Below are positions 10,033-21,403 of a stretch of 64,000 bases of DNA, in pieces. The notes beneath the pieces were generated by a model, which ran no database searches, was not told the origin of the DNA, and saw nothing but the letters and a program-made list of their open reading frames with translations. The position numbers and the translations under genes were made by a program. Origin of the DNA: Pseudobacteriovorax sp. (GTDB lineage Bacteria; Bdellovibrionota_B; Oligoflexia; Oligoflexales; Oligoflexaceae); the NCBI GenBank assembly GCA_050293845.1, contig JBNKNM010000005.1, positions 13,417 to 77,416 on the forward strand, written 5' to 3'. The first letter of the stretch is position 1; every line of letters begins with the position of its first letter.

Positions 10033-10956
10033 ATGGGTCTAAGAATTCGTACTAACGTTGCCTCGTTAAATGCCCAACGGCGATTAGCAACGAGTACAGA
10101 GAAACTTCAAGATAGTTCCAACAAATTAGCATCAGGAAAACGAATCAATAAATCTGCCGATGATGCAGCCGGACTAGCCATTGCTACCAATTTAACAGCT
10201 GATGTTCGCTCTCTCAATCAAGCCAAGAGAAATACTTCTGATGGCGTTTCTCTCGTGCAAACGGCAGAAGGAAGTCTTGTGGAAACGACTGCCATGCTTA
10301 CCCGTTTACGCGAACTAGCTGTCCAAGGGGCTAGTGACACTGTTGGGAACACAGAGCGAGAGTTCCTCGATAAAGAATTCGTGGCACTGAAGGACGAGAT
10401 CGATCGCATAGCCAGTGCCACGGAGTTTAACGGAACACGGCTTCTTATCGGTGAAGGTGATGTAGCTGAGGAAATTGCCAACCCAGAAGGTACCTTTCCC
10501 CTTGAGGTACAGGTTGGTAAAGACTATTACGAGGGAGCTGATGATATAGAAAACGCCAATCAGGTCAATATTATTAAGATCGATCTTAACAATCTTAATA
10601 CCTTTACCTCTGGCGACGGTTCTCTAGAGATTGGCTCTTCTGAAGAAGGTACACGAGTCAACACGAAAGAAGCAGCACAAAGCAGCATCATGAAAATGGA
10701 CGATGCTTTGGTGCAGGTTTCTGAATACCGTGCTTATTTAGGATCTGTTCAAAATCGTCTACAGTCCAGCCTTTCCAACTTGGGAGTGCAGACCGAAAAT
10801 CTCACAGCTGCCAAAAGCCGTATTGAGGACACCGATTACGCTCAAGAAAGTGCTGAGTATACATCGAAGAGAATTCTCCAACAGGCTGGGTCTTCCGTAC
10901 TCTCTCAAGCCAATCAGATGCCTCAGATCGCCCTTAATCTTGTAAATTCACTATAA
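10033..10956 (+). CDS. fliC: Flagellin
   Basis: LRIRTNVASLNAQR, LASGKRINKSADDAAGLAI, RAYLGSVQNRL, SRIEDTDYAQE, LSQANQMPQ. Confidence 0.97.
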   Translation: MGLRIRTNVASLNAQRRLATSTEKLQDSSNKLASGKRINKSADDAAGLAIATNLTADVRSLNQAKRNTSDGVSLVQTAEGSLVETTAMLTRLRELAVQGASDTVGNTEREFLDKEFVALKDEIDRIASATEFNGTRLLIGEGDVAEEIANPEGTFPLEVQVGKDYYEGADDIENANQVNIIKIDLNNLNTFTSGDGSLEIGSSEEGTRVNTKEAAQSSIMKMDDALVQVSEYRAYLGSVQNRLQSSLSNLGVQTENLTAAKSRIEDTDYAQESAEYTSKRILQQAGSSVLSQANQMPQIALNLVNSL

Positions 10957-10963
10957 ACTACTT

Positions 10964-10991
10964 GAAAACCCTGCATAGGCAGGGTTTTCTT
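10964..10991 (+). terminator. Intrinsic terminator after flagellin
   Basis: Perfect 11-bp stem GAAAACCCTGC-ATAG-GCAGGGTTTTC. Confidence 0.85.
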
Positions 10992-11293
10992 CGCGATTTT
11001 CTTACTCAACCGCAGCCTACCAAGGTAGGTGAGGATTTCAGAAGGTTGACATCGCGGCAAGCGAAGAACTTTTCGGATTCTGGCTTTATAAACAATGAAT
11101 CGAATCACACACTTTATTGAAGAAGCCAGAGACTACCTTTTGCAAACCAACAGTTGTGATAATGCAAGCCATGAGGTACCCGCGTTAGGTTATGCTATGT
11201 GATGTAAGAGTTATGAGATTTGTGCTTCAGTACTCTTATAAAAAGGCATGAGCTTTTGTATATACTTCTTGTGCGAATAGCTGATCACAGTTC

Positions 11294-13951
11294 TTAACAA
11301 ACCTTATCTACCCTTTGCCAACTCTCACTAAATTCGATCATAAATTTTGTACCTTGACCAGGATGACTTTCAATATATATGTGACCACCTATTTCATCGA
11401 TAGCAGTTAGAACAGCTGCCACCCCTATATGGCGGCCTGAAAAGAGATCAGCTTCCTTATTTTTAGAGGTTTTTGTTTTAAAATAGGTAACGATATCAGT
11501 AAAACCTTCAGGTAATGAAATACCTCTGCCATCATCTTCGCAGCAAATTTTAATAGTACCAGTAGCCTCATCCTTACTAAATATGAGGGTAATGGCCCCA
11601 TAATTATGCTTTCCACATGCCTTTCTATCTTCTTCAATACCATGAATAACTGCATTTCGTAGCAAGTGAATAAGCGACTGTATCATATAAACTGACTTCT
11701 CCGAATAAATACGGAGGTCATCTCCTACAATTTTCAATTTAACTTTCTTAGCTAGTTGATGTGCCAGATAAGACAAGTCTTCACGAATAGGTCCCAGGAT
11801 ACTGGTAATGGATTTTGACATCGAATTATCAATCCAAATATCCAAGTATTCTTTACCGACTCCATGAATGTGATTTTTTTCTTTCAATGCCTTCAGCTCC
11901 GAAGCTGTGATAGGGAAAACTTCGTCATTACCCTCCCACTTTGTTTTCAATATAGATACATGTTTATGAAGAAAGCTCTTAATCTGTTTTTCGACACGCT
12001 TAATGGAATCAGAATTTAAGGATTTTTTTTCTTCTAGCACATGCAATAGCTTGGCTACGTCTGTTAAACCAAAGATCATAGCATTACCCTTTAAGGTATG
12101 TATGACTTGTTTCACTTCATGACCATGTATTTTTTGGGAAGGATTTTTGAGCCAATCCAATGTTTCTTTAAAAGTCTTAATGAATGCTTTAAAAGCACTA
12201 TGATTACTGATAATTCTTAGTAGCATTCCGTTTTCTCTCGATTCCTCTTCTTTGAAACGCAACTCTGTTTTATCGCTCACTGTAAACAGTATAGATGAAA
12301 TTTTATTCCTTTGATCTCTAATAACCGCACCAGAAACTCCTAAATACTTGGCACCCACCAAAAGGGTTTTCGGGATCTGATTCAAGCTTGCTTGCTCCGG
12401 CATCAAGTCATCAAACACTTGTTCTACTGCCATCTGAAAGCATAACTTTTCCGATTTATCCAAATCAAGGTAATCTAAAATATTTTTTCCCGACCTTAAG
12501 TTCTTACCAAAGAGCATATGGCATGATTTTGTAAATCCTTCTTGGATAAGAAGTTGATGATCAATCAGCAAAAAACCACTTTTAACATTGTCAGTTATCA
12601 TTCTAATGCGTTCCGTACGCTCTTGCACAATTTGCTCGATTTCTTCGATATGTCTTTTAAGTTCGGTATTCAAATTATCGATACGATCTTTGGACTTCAT
12701 AGCCTGAAAATTATAACGGTCAACCAATGAGAAAGAAATGAGGAGGATTTTTGCGGTATTGCCAATAATTAAACCCCATTCTGTCAAGAAGTTTAAAGGC
12801 AAATAACCTTCCAACTTCAAGGCCATCAGGATGATAACAACAGTATCAAACGCCCATGGTATAATATATGCTTTTGCTGGATCGAACCCTTTTAACCATG
12901 ATTTAAATCCGGCAAAAATTATGGCTACAGAAATCAGACTGCAATAGCCATTGATTACTTTTGCCATAATACTATAGTCGACAAATTTCACGGCAATCAT
13001 CAGCATAAAACCAAATGCGATAACTCCCATATATGCCGAAAATAACCTAGGTACAATGTCCCGCATATTTAAAAACTGTGTTGCGAAAAGACATCCTAAA
13101 TTTCCAGCTAGTGCTACAAATAGCAGAAAGCCTTCATTGGATAGCCACACTCCCATACGGTGAGGAAACCACTCCATAGAAGCACCCAAGAATCCCATTT
13201 GCACAACAACAAGACTAATGACATACATACTTAGATTAAAAAACAAACTTTTTTTCAGCTTCAACGACATAATCAGGTAATATATTGTCATGATGAGTTG
13301 AAAACCTATGGTGCCACCTATGAAGGTATACTCCCAGCGTGTTTGTAAAAGAAAGTTCTCAGGTTCCCACAAATAGAGCCCTAAATAAACCGATCCATGG
13401 GTATTTATCTTCAAGAAAAAAGTATTCTCTCCGGGTGCTAAGTCCAGTTTAAAGATGGGATAGCGATAGGCGACAGGGCGAGATTTAAAACTCAGCTTGT
13501 CGCCAACTGCTTGAACCTGATAACTTCCATCTGAGGCTACTGTATACAGTTCCAGTTTATCAAGCAGTGCATAGCGGTTCTCTAGATATAAGGTTTTACT
13601 CTGCTTTTCTTGATTGATAATTTCTATTTTAATCCAAAAAGTAGCATCGGTGATACCAAACTTTGGTGAGTCTCTTTCAGTCGGTGTAAACCTTAAATCA
13701 TGATTTCCACTAATCAATTGTTCAATGAAAGCCGCATTATGCGGGTCTTCAGCAATATCAAGGTACTTACCGATTGGCATACTGTATTCAATGACCCCAT
13801 CGATCACAATCGGTTTACTATAACTAGTGTTAGTAACTCCGTTTGATAAAAAAAATATTAAGAAAAAAAACCTAAACAAAGGTAAACCCACCCAAAGAAG
13901 TTTTCTGGCATATCGGCGAGATTTATGTCTGTTATAAGTTAGATCACACAT
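11294..13951 (-). CDS. Second 7TM-DISM + Hpt + CheA-type HATPase sensor, with divergent ATP-lid
   Basis: DISMED2-like FGITDATFWIKI...YALLDKLELY...GD..F..RP..YR; about 7 TM; IHTLKGNA; HLLRNAVIHG; DDGRG; G2 reads SGRHIG. Start uncertain. Confidence 0.8.
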   Translation of the reverse strand: MCDLTYNRHKSRRYARKLLWVGLPLFRFFFLIFFLSNGVTNTSYSKPIVIDGVIEYSMPIGKYLDIAEDPHNAAFIEQLISGNHDLRFTPTERDSPKFGITDATFWIKIEIINQEKQSKTLYLENRYALLDKLELYTVASDGSYQVQAVGDKLSFKSRPVAYRYPIFKLDLAPGENTFFLKINTHGSVYLGLYLWEPENFLLQTRWEYTFIGGTIGFQLIMTIYYLIMSLKLKKSLFFNLSMYVISLVVVQMGFLGASMEWFPHRMGVWLSNEGFLLFVALAGNLGCLFATQFLNMRDIVPRLFSAYMGVIAFGFMLMIAVKFVDYSIMAKVINGYCSLISVAIIFAGFKSWLKGFDPAKAYIIPWAFDTVVIILMALKLEGYLPLNFLTEWGLIIGNTAKILLISFSLVDRYNFQAMKSKDRIDNLNTELKRHIEEIEQIVQERTERIRMITDNVKSGFLLIDHQLLIQEGFTKSCHMLFGKNLRSGKNILDYLDLDKSEKLCFQMAVEQVFDDLMPEQASLNQIPKTLLVGAKYLGVSGAVIRDQRNKISSILFTVSDKTELRFKEEESRENGMLLRIISNHSAFKAFIKTFKETLDWLKNPSQKIHGHEVKQVIHTLKGNAMIFGLTDVAKLLHVLEEKKSLNSDSIKRVEKQIKSFLHKHVSILKTKWEGNDEVFPITASELKALKEKNHIHGVGKEYLDIWIDNSMSKSITSILGPIREDLSYLAHQLAKKVKLKIVGDDLRIYSEKSVYMIQSLIHLLRNAVIHGIEEDRKACGKHNYGAITLIFSKDEATGTIKICCEDDGRGISLPEGFTDIVTYFKTKTSKNKEADLFSGRHIGVAAVLTAIDEIGGHIYIESHPGQGTKFMIEFSESWQRVDKVC

Positions 13952-14333
13952 TTACATCAGGGATATCTTTATCTATATAATTTTATTTGTTTTTTTTCGC
14001 AATTTAGAAAAAACATGATTCACTGCTTGCACGCATTGTAAACTTTTAAAGCAATACTTCGCTGAATGTTTCAGATTTGTGGATAGGCTTGCCTCTCGCA
14101 AAATCAAAACCTAATTCTTTAACCAAAACATTCTCATTTTCAGAATGAAGTCATATGAATTGTAGAAAGAAAGGTGTTTTCAACTGCATGGGATAAAAAT
14201 CGGATTTTGAAACCTTGCTTCCGACGAGCGACAAACGAACATTGACCTTAATCTTCTAATAGCATAAAAGTAGCTTTCCGTATCCATGAAAATGACGCGG
14301 TTATTTAAGAAAATTTTCATGAAAGGATGAACA

Positions 14334-15251
14334 ATGTCATTTGATAAGGTCATTGAAATCATTGGAGTACCATCAGATCTTGGGGCAAATATGAGAGGTG
14401 CCAATATGGGACCTGCCGCCCTTCGCATAGCAGGCCTGAAAAAGAAAATAGAAATTCAGGGCTATAAAGTACGCGACCTTGGTGATCTCCATGTTCCGAT
14501 TCGCGACTCCCTAAGTGACAGTATCCACGATGAAAAGTTCCTTAGTCCCCTCGTTGATTTGTGCCAAGACTTAAGTCAAAAGTGCTACAATAGCCTTGCT
14601 GGAGGCAATTTTCCCTTAGTGGTTGGCGGAGACCACAGCTTAGCAATTGGTAGCATTTCTGGAATTTCCCAGTATTACCATAAAAAGAATCAAAAGATAG
14701 GGATCATCTGGGTAGACGCCCATGCAGATATAAATACCCCAGAAACCTCACCATCCGGTAATATTCACGGCATGCCATTAGCAACTATACTCGGGGAAGG
14801 GCACTCTAACCTCACTTCCATAGGTTATGATGAACCTAAGGTCAATCCCCACAATATAGCTCTCATTGGTATTCGAACCATCGACGATCACGAGCGTGAT
14901 GTTTTAAAGCGTAGCGGGATCAACTATTTTACAATGAGAGACATAGATGAACAGGGTATGTTCAAAGTTATGAAAAAGGCTATCTCTGCAGTTGCGGATG
15001 GCACAAGCGGTATCCACCTGTCCTTTGACATTGATGGTATTGATCCCCGCCACGCACCTGGAGTTTCCACCCCAGTTAGTGGTGGTTTAACCTTTCGTGA
15101 AGCTCACCTAGCCCTGGAAATGATTCACGAAACCAAAAAAATGTGTTCGCTAGAGTTTGTTGAGCTTAACCCTTATACGGACGTAGGAGCCCAATCTGCC
15201 AACCTTACTGTGGATCTAATTCTTTCGGCACTTGGAAAATCCATTGTCTAA
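14334..15251 (+). CDS. rocF: Arginase
   Basis: GGDHSLAIG, DAHADINTPETSPSGNIHGM, SFDIDGIDP..APG, VELNP. Confidence 0.95.
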   Translation: MSFDKVIEIIGVPSDLGANMRGANMGPAALRIAGLKKKIEIQGYKVRDLGDLHVPIRDSLSDSIHDEKFLSPLVDLCQDLSQKCYNSLAGGNFPLVVGGDHSLAIGSISGISQYYHKKNQKIGIIWVDAHADINTPETSPSGNIHGMPLATILGEGHSNLTSIGYDEPKVNPHNIALIGIRTIDDHERDVLKRSGINYFTMRDIDEQGMFKVMKKAISAVADGTSGIHLSFDIDGIDPRHAPGVSTPVSGGLTFREAHLALEMIHETKKMCSLEFVELNPYTDVGAQSANLTVDLILSALGKSIV

Positions 15252-15254
15252 TAA

Positions 15255-16361
<1,107 letters not shown>

Positions 16362-16436
16362 TGGGGTAGAAATTTCCTTGCTGAGTTTCTATAACATCAG
16401 ACAGAAATTCAAATAATCCTAGCGGGGAAAGCTAAT

Positions 16437-17555
16437 ATGAGAAACTTTCATCTGGTTCTATCCATATGCCTTCTGTTCGTAAGCGCTATCACTAGCGCTA
16501 ATGCGGACACCATCAAAATAGCCGTTGCTGGTCCCCACACCGGGCCTTACGCAGCATTTGGCGAGCAAATGCTGCGCGGTGCTGAGAAGGCTGCTGCAAA
16601 CTTGAATCAAAGCGGCGGCATTTTGGGCAAAAAAATCGAAGTATTAAAGGTCGATGATGAGTGCAAGCCATCCTCAGCTGTCAATGCTGCAAATGACATT
16701 GTGTCAAAATACAAGGCTGCTGCTGTTGTCGGGCACTTTTGCTCTTCTTCCACAATCCCCGCTTCAAAAACCTATATGGAACACAATGTCATCATGATTA
16801 CCCCAGCCTCAACCAATCCTAAGGTTACTGACCGTCGCTTTCCCAATGTATTGCGCATGTGTGGTCGAGATGACCAGCAAGGGGAAGTTGCTGCTCAGTT
16901 TATAGCTCAAAAACTCAAGGCCAAAAAAGTCGCTGTTATCCACGATAAGACAACCTATGGATTAGGGCTAGTGGAGGCGATGAAAAGCACCCTGGAAACA
17001 AAGACACCCCAGGTTAAAGTCGCTATTTTTGAAGGCATTACTCGGGGGGATAAAGACTTCAATACCCTTGTGACTAAAATCAAATCGCAAAATGTGGATG
17101 TGGTGTATTTTGGAGGCCTGCATTCGGAAGCTGGTCCCCTTCTCAAACAAATGCGCCAACAAGGTTTGGGAGCCGCATTTGTATCGGGAGATGGCGTCGT
17201 TTCTAATGACTTTGTTACCGCAGCCGGAGGGGCTCAGTATGTTAAGGGTGTCTATGTTACCTTCGGACGTGACCCCCAAAAATATGAATCTACTAAAGCT
17301 ATAGTCAGCAGCTTTGTTAAAGACGGCTATAAACCTGAAGGATATACCCTATATTCCTATGCCTCTGTACAAGCCTTAGCGCAAGCCATAAGTGCCACAA
17401 AATCCACCAAAGGCAAGACGCTCACAGACTGGCTCAAAAACCATGGTTCCGATACGGTCATGGGTAACAAGAAATGGAATAAGGTAGGAGATCTTCAAAA
17501 AAGTGACTATGTCATCTACCAGTGGGATGACAAAGGAAACTACAACGAAATATAA
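16437..17555 (+). CDS. livK: HAAT (LIV-type) ABC transporter substrate-binding protein
   Basis: Signal peptide; GP.TG..A..G, GHFCSSSTIPAS, RDDQQG, HDKTTYG; heads a complete livHMGF-like operon. Confidence 0.88.
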   Translation: MRNFHLVLSICLLFVSAITSANADTIKIAVAGPHTGPYAAFGEQMLRGAEKAAANLNQSGGILGKKIEVLKVDDECKPSSAVNAANDIVSKYKAAAVVGHFCSSSTIPASKTYMEHNVIMITPASTNPKVTDRRFPNVLRMCGRDDQQGEVAAQFIAQKLKAKKVAVIHDKTTYGLGLVEAMKSTLETKTPQVKVAIFEGITRGDKDFNTLVTKIKSQNVDVVYFGGLHSEAGPLLKQMRQQGLGAAFVSGDGVVSNDFVTAAGGAQYVKGVYVTFGRDPQKYESTKAIVSSFVKDGYKPEGYTLYSYASVQALAQAISATKSTKGKTLTDWLKNHGSDTVMGNKKWNKVGDLQKSDYVIYQWDDKGNYNEI

Positions 17556-17641
17556 GCAAGGCCACATTCACCCTTGCCCGATAAATTCCTTATCGCTATT
17601 GTGAGCCCATCGAATCTTGCTGTTACGAAGGGATTGAGAGC

Positions 17642-18559
17642 TTGGATTATTATATCATTATTCAGCAACTCATAAACGGGTTAGTGCTTGGCGCTACTTA
17701 TGGGTTGATTGCCATTGGCTACACCATGGTCTACGGTATTATCGGAATGATAAACTTCGCCCATGGTGAAATTTATATGATTTCCGCCTATTTGTCGGCC
17801 ATTTTCCTAGCTGTCCTGGCTGCATTTGGCATCAGTTCGGCACCCTTAGCCATTGTCCTGGTATTGGTAGGTACTATGATATTTACGGGCTTATATGGGT
17901 ACCTTATTGAGCAGGTCGCTTATAGGCCACTGAGAAACAGCACACGCTTGGCACCTCTCATCTCAGCCATTGGCATGTCTTTGCTGTTGCAGAATTACGT
18001 TATGGTTAGTCAAGGAGCCCGCAACCAAGCCATACCCACCCTTGTTGAGGGTATCATCAGCTTTGGCGAAGGTAGCTCTTCCTTTCAAATTACTTATATT
18101 CAATTGGGAATCATAGTTATTTCCCTGCTGTCGATGTCTGGCCTCACTTTAATCATCACTAAAACGAACCTAGGACGTGCCTGCCGAGCCACCCAGCAGG
18201 ATATGCTCATGGCGCGCTTGTTGGGGATCAACACCAATAGGATCATATCCAGCGTATTTGTTATCGGATCTGTCATGGCTGCCATTGCTGGTTTATTAAT
18301 TACCTTAAATTATGGCTCCTTTGACTTCTATATTGGGTTTAAAGCAGGTATTAAAGCATTTACCGCAGCCGTATTAGGAGGCATTGGATCACTCCCGGGA
18401 GCTATGCTGGGTGGGATTCTGCTCGGGCTCTCCGAAGGTTTATTTTCTGGATTTGTTAATACAGACTACAAGGATGTATTTGCATTTTCTCTTCTGGTAG
18501 GAATTTTAATCTTCCGCCCAAGTGGATTGTTAGGTCAACCAGAAGTAGAAAAGGTTTAG
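17642..18559 (+). CDS. livH: HAAT ABC transporter permease
   Basis: YGLIAIGYTMVYGIIGMINFAHGE, KAFTAAVLGGIGS; TTG start. Confidence 0.93.
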   Translation: MDYYIIIQQLINGLVLGATYGLIAIGYTMVYGIIGMINFAHGEIYMISAYLSAIFLAVLAAFGISSAPLAIVLVLVGTMIFTGLYGYLIEQVAYRPLRNSTRLAPLISAIGMSLLLQNYVMVSQGARNQAIPTLVEGIISFGEGSSSFQITYIQLGIIVISLLSMSGLTLIITKTNLGRACRATQQDMLMARLLGINTNRIISSVFVIGSVMAAIAGLLITLNYGSFDFYIGFKAGIKAFTAAVLGGIGSLPGAMLGGILLGLSEGLFSGFVNTDYKDVFAFSLLVGILIFRPSGLLGQPEVEKV

Positions 18560-18563
18560 TCCC

Positions 18564-19781
18564 ATGCTGTATCCCGTTATAAGGTCTTCATGCAGAGTTG
18601 CTTTTCTGGTGCTGCTGGTAACGATTCCTATTACCGGTATTGTCTTGGATGGTTATGGGTTTGATACCCATATTCTCCGCCCTCTTGTCATTAGCGCTAT
18701 AGTTTTTCTTTTTAACCTCATCAAGGAACTGGTTCAGCCCTATATCTCGAAACCAAAAAATTTCGTTCCTGTCATTTCCCTCGCAAAAAGTCGCATTTTA
18801 TATTCGCTTGTTGCCGCTGGTTTGATTATGGCGGTCCCCTTCATGGGGGGATCATTTTTAACCAATATAAACTTTGCCTTACTTTATGTACTCCTTGGTT
18901 TAGGACTAAACATTGTTGTAGGGCTAGCAGGACTGCTTGATTTAGGATTCGTCGCCTTTTATGCCGTTGGCGCTTATACCTATGCCTTAGGTCAGCAGTA
19001 TTGGGGGATTAGTTTTTGGGCTGCTATTCCCATGGCTATGGCATTTGCTGGTTTTTGTGGAATGATACTCGCTTTTCCCGTTTTAAGAATGCATGGAGAT
19101 TATCTGGCTATTGTAACCCTGGGATTTGGCGAGATCATCAACCTTATTCTTGTCAACTGGGTTGAGTTTACTAATGGACCTAATGGTGTTGATGCTTTAC
19201 CACCGACATTTTTTGGCATTGAGTTTGGTAGCTGGTCGCGCCAAGGAGGACCTTTATTTCATGAACTTCTTGGCTTGGAGTATAATCCAACATTTGGAAA
19301 AATCTTTATTTACTGTTGTTTAGTAGCAATTGTGGCTCTTACTATTTTTATCTGTCATAGATTAAAAAACAGCCCCTCCGGACGAGCGTGGGAAGCTCTT
19401 AAGGAAGATGAAATTGCATGTCGCTCCCTTGGCATCAATCACGTAACAGTAAAACTGTCAGCCTTTGCTTTAGGAGCAACCATTGCGGGATTGGCAGGCG
19501 TTTTTTTTGCAGGTATTCAAGAACTCGTCAACCCAGACTCCTTCACTTTCTTTGAATCTGCTATTATTTTAGCTATTGTAGTTTTAGGGGGGATGGGGTC
19601 ACTTCCTGGTGTTATCTTAGCCGCCCTTTGTCTTCGTCTTCTTCCCGAGTTTCTCAGAGATTTTCAAGAATATCGCGTATTAATTTTTGGTGCGCTTATG
19701 GTAATAACCATGATCTGGAGACCATCTGGTCTCATAAAATCAAAACGACCGCACTACGATCTAAGAAAGAGTGCTTCATGA
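18564..19781 (+). CDS. livM: HAAT ABC transporter permease
   Basis: LGLNIVVGLAGLLDLGFVAFYAVGAY, GDYLAIVTLGFGEI, GRAWEAL.EDE. Confidence 0.93.
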   Translation: MLYPVIRSSCRVAFLVLLVTIPITGIVLDGYGFDTHILRPLVISAIVFLFNLIKELVQPYISKPKNFVPVISLAKSRILYSLVAAGLIMAVPFMGGSFLTNINFALLYVLLGLGLNIVVGLAGLLDLGFVAFYAVGAYTYALGQQYWGISFWAAIPMAMAFAGFCGMILAFPVLRMHGDYLAIVTLGFGEIINLILVNWVEFTNGPNGVDALPPTFFGIEFGSWSRQGGPLFHELLGLEYNPTFGKIFIYCCLVAIVALTIFICHRLKNSPSGRAWEALKEDEIACRSLGINHVTVKLSAFALGATIAGLAGVFFAGIQELVNPDSFTFFESAIILAIVVLGGMGSLPGVILAALCLRLLPEFLRDFQEYRVLIFGALMVITMIWRPSGLIKSKRPHYDLRKSAS

Positions 19782-20632
19782 CGTGCATTTTAGAAGTAAA
19801 TAATTTAGGCGTTCAATTTGGAGGCATCCGGGCCTTAGATAACGTAAATTTTACCATAGAAAAGGGATCTATTACTGCTATAATCGGACCAAATGGAGCT
19901 GGTAAAACGACGGTTTTCAATTGTCTCACAGGATTCTATCGATCTTCAAACGGAGCCATATTCTTTCACTCCGATGACAACAAATACGCCATTGATCAAT
20001 TGCTCGGACAAAGACTCTTGGTAAGGGATTTGGTAAATCCCAAAGGCTTTATAAAAAAGCTCTTTTATAAAATGTTTGGTGGTTCGCACCTAGTAGCCAA
20101 ACTGGGAGTGGCTCGTACTTTTCAAAATATCAGGCTGTTTAAGCAACTTACTGTGATCGAAAATCTGCTGATTGCTCAGCATAGTCACTTGAGACGAAAT
20201 CTTTGGTCGACTACTTTGCGTACCAAAGAATTTAAGGAATCTGAAAACAATGCCCTTCAGATTGCCGAAAAGTGGTTGGCAGTGGTTGGTCTTACAGGAC
20301 AAGAAAACCGGCTCGCTGGTGAGCTGCCTTATGGATTTCAGCGCCGCTTGGAAATCGCTCGTGCCATGTGTACCGGTGCGCAATTAATCTGCCTCGATGA
20401 ACCGGCTGCTGGACTTAATCAAAACGAAACCCAAGAACTGGCAGCGTTAATAAGACGACTGCGGGATGAATATAAAGTTACGGTTGCAGTCATTGAACAT
20501 GATATGTCCCTAGTTATGGACATTTCCGATCATATTATCGTACTGGACCACGGTGTTGTGATCGCTTCAGGTAAACCTGAACAAATAAAACAAGACCCCA
20601 ACGTCCTAAAAGCCTACCTAGGAGAAGAATAA
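19778..20632 (+). CDS. livG: HAAT ABC transporter ATP-binding protein
   Basis: GPNGAGKTT, RTFQNIRLF, LPYG.QRRLEIARA, LDEPAAG; ATG 19778 overlaps the livM stop (ATGA). Confidence 0.92.
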   Translation: MTCILEVNNLGVQFGGIRALDNVNFTIEKGSITAIIGPNGAGKTTVFNCLTGFYRSSNGAIFFHSDDNKYAIDQLLGQRLLVRDLVNPKGFIKKLFYKMFGGSHLVAKLGVARTFQNIRLFKQLTVIENLLIAQHSHLRRNLWSTTLRTKEFKESENNALQIAEKWLAVVGLTGQENRLAGELPYGFQRRLEIARAMCTGAQLICLDEPAAGLNQNETQELAALIRRLRDEYKVTVAVIEHDMSLVMDISDHIIVLDHGVVIASGKPEQIKQDPNVLKAYLGEE

Positions 20633-20634
20633 CC

Positions 20635-21357
20635 ATGACCGCTCCGTGCGTTTTAAAGGTGTCAAACCTCATGGCGGCCTATGGTCCCATCAATGCTCTA
20701 AATGATGTATCAGTTGATATATTTCAAGGAGAGATCGTAACTCTCATAGGTTCTAATGGTGCCGGCAAATCCACTTTGCTGATGAGCATATTTGGCAATC
20801 CCAAACCCCTCGCTGGTAAGATTTATGCTTTTGGTGAAGATATTACCCATATGGAGACTCATCATATCGCTAGCAAAGGCCTTGCTATTGTACCAGAAGG
20901 ACGTCACATCTTCCCTAAGATGAGCGTGGAAGATAATTTAATGATGGGAGCTATTAAAAGCAAAACAAAGTCTCAGCAGCAAGACTTGCAGCAAATTTTT
21001 GAGTTTTTCCCTAGGTTAAAGGAACGCCTCCACCAGCGAGGCGGAACCCTGAGCGGAGGTGAGCAGCAAATGTTAGCTATCGGCCGTGCTCTGATGAGTC
21101 ACCCTAAGCTTCTGTTGCTTGATGAACCCAGCTTAGGGCTCGCACCTTTAATTGTAAAAGATATTTTTAGAATCTTGAAGCAGATTGCAGCTACCGGCAC
21201 CACCATATTCCTTGTGGAGCAAAATGCAGGACAGGCATTAAAAATTGCCCAAAGAGGTTATGTGCTGGTAAACGGGCAAATTGCCATGACGGACAGCGCA
21301 GCCAATCTACTTGCCGATAAAAGGCTGCAAGAGGCTTATCTAGGGGGCTCCTCGTGA
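20635..21357 (+). CDS. livF: HAAT ABC transporter ATP-binding protein
   Basis: GSNGAGKST, VPEGR, LSGGEQQMLAIGRALM, LDEPSLGLAP. Confidence 0.95.
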   Translation: MTAPCVLKVSNLMAAYGPINALNDVSVDIFQGEIVTLIGSNGAGKSTLLMSIFGNPKPLAGKIYAFGEDITHMETHHIASKGLAIVPEGRHIFPKMSVEDNLMMGAIKSKTKSQQQDLQQIFEFFPRLKERLHQRGGTLSGGEQQMLAIGRALMSHPKLLLLDEPSLGLAPLIVKDIFRILKQIAATGTTIFLVEQNAGQALKIAQRGYVLVNGQIAMTDSAANLLADKRLQEAYLGGSS

Positions 21358-21403
21358 CATCACCCAAACTTGCCATCAACATGGAAGGGAATCGGGCAGG
21401 AGC

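Noticed and set aside
14079..14087. DnaA-box-like TGTGGATAG in an AT-rich spacer
   Set aside because: A single mismatched box, with no cluster and no origin-associated genes.
19628..19777. 50-aa N-terminal extension of livG in the ORF track
   Set aside because: It overlaps livM; the ATGA-coupled start at 19778 gives a normal LivG N-terminus.
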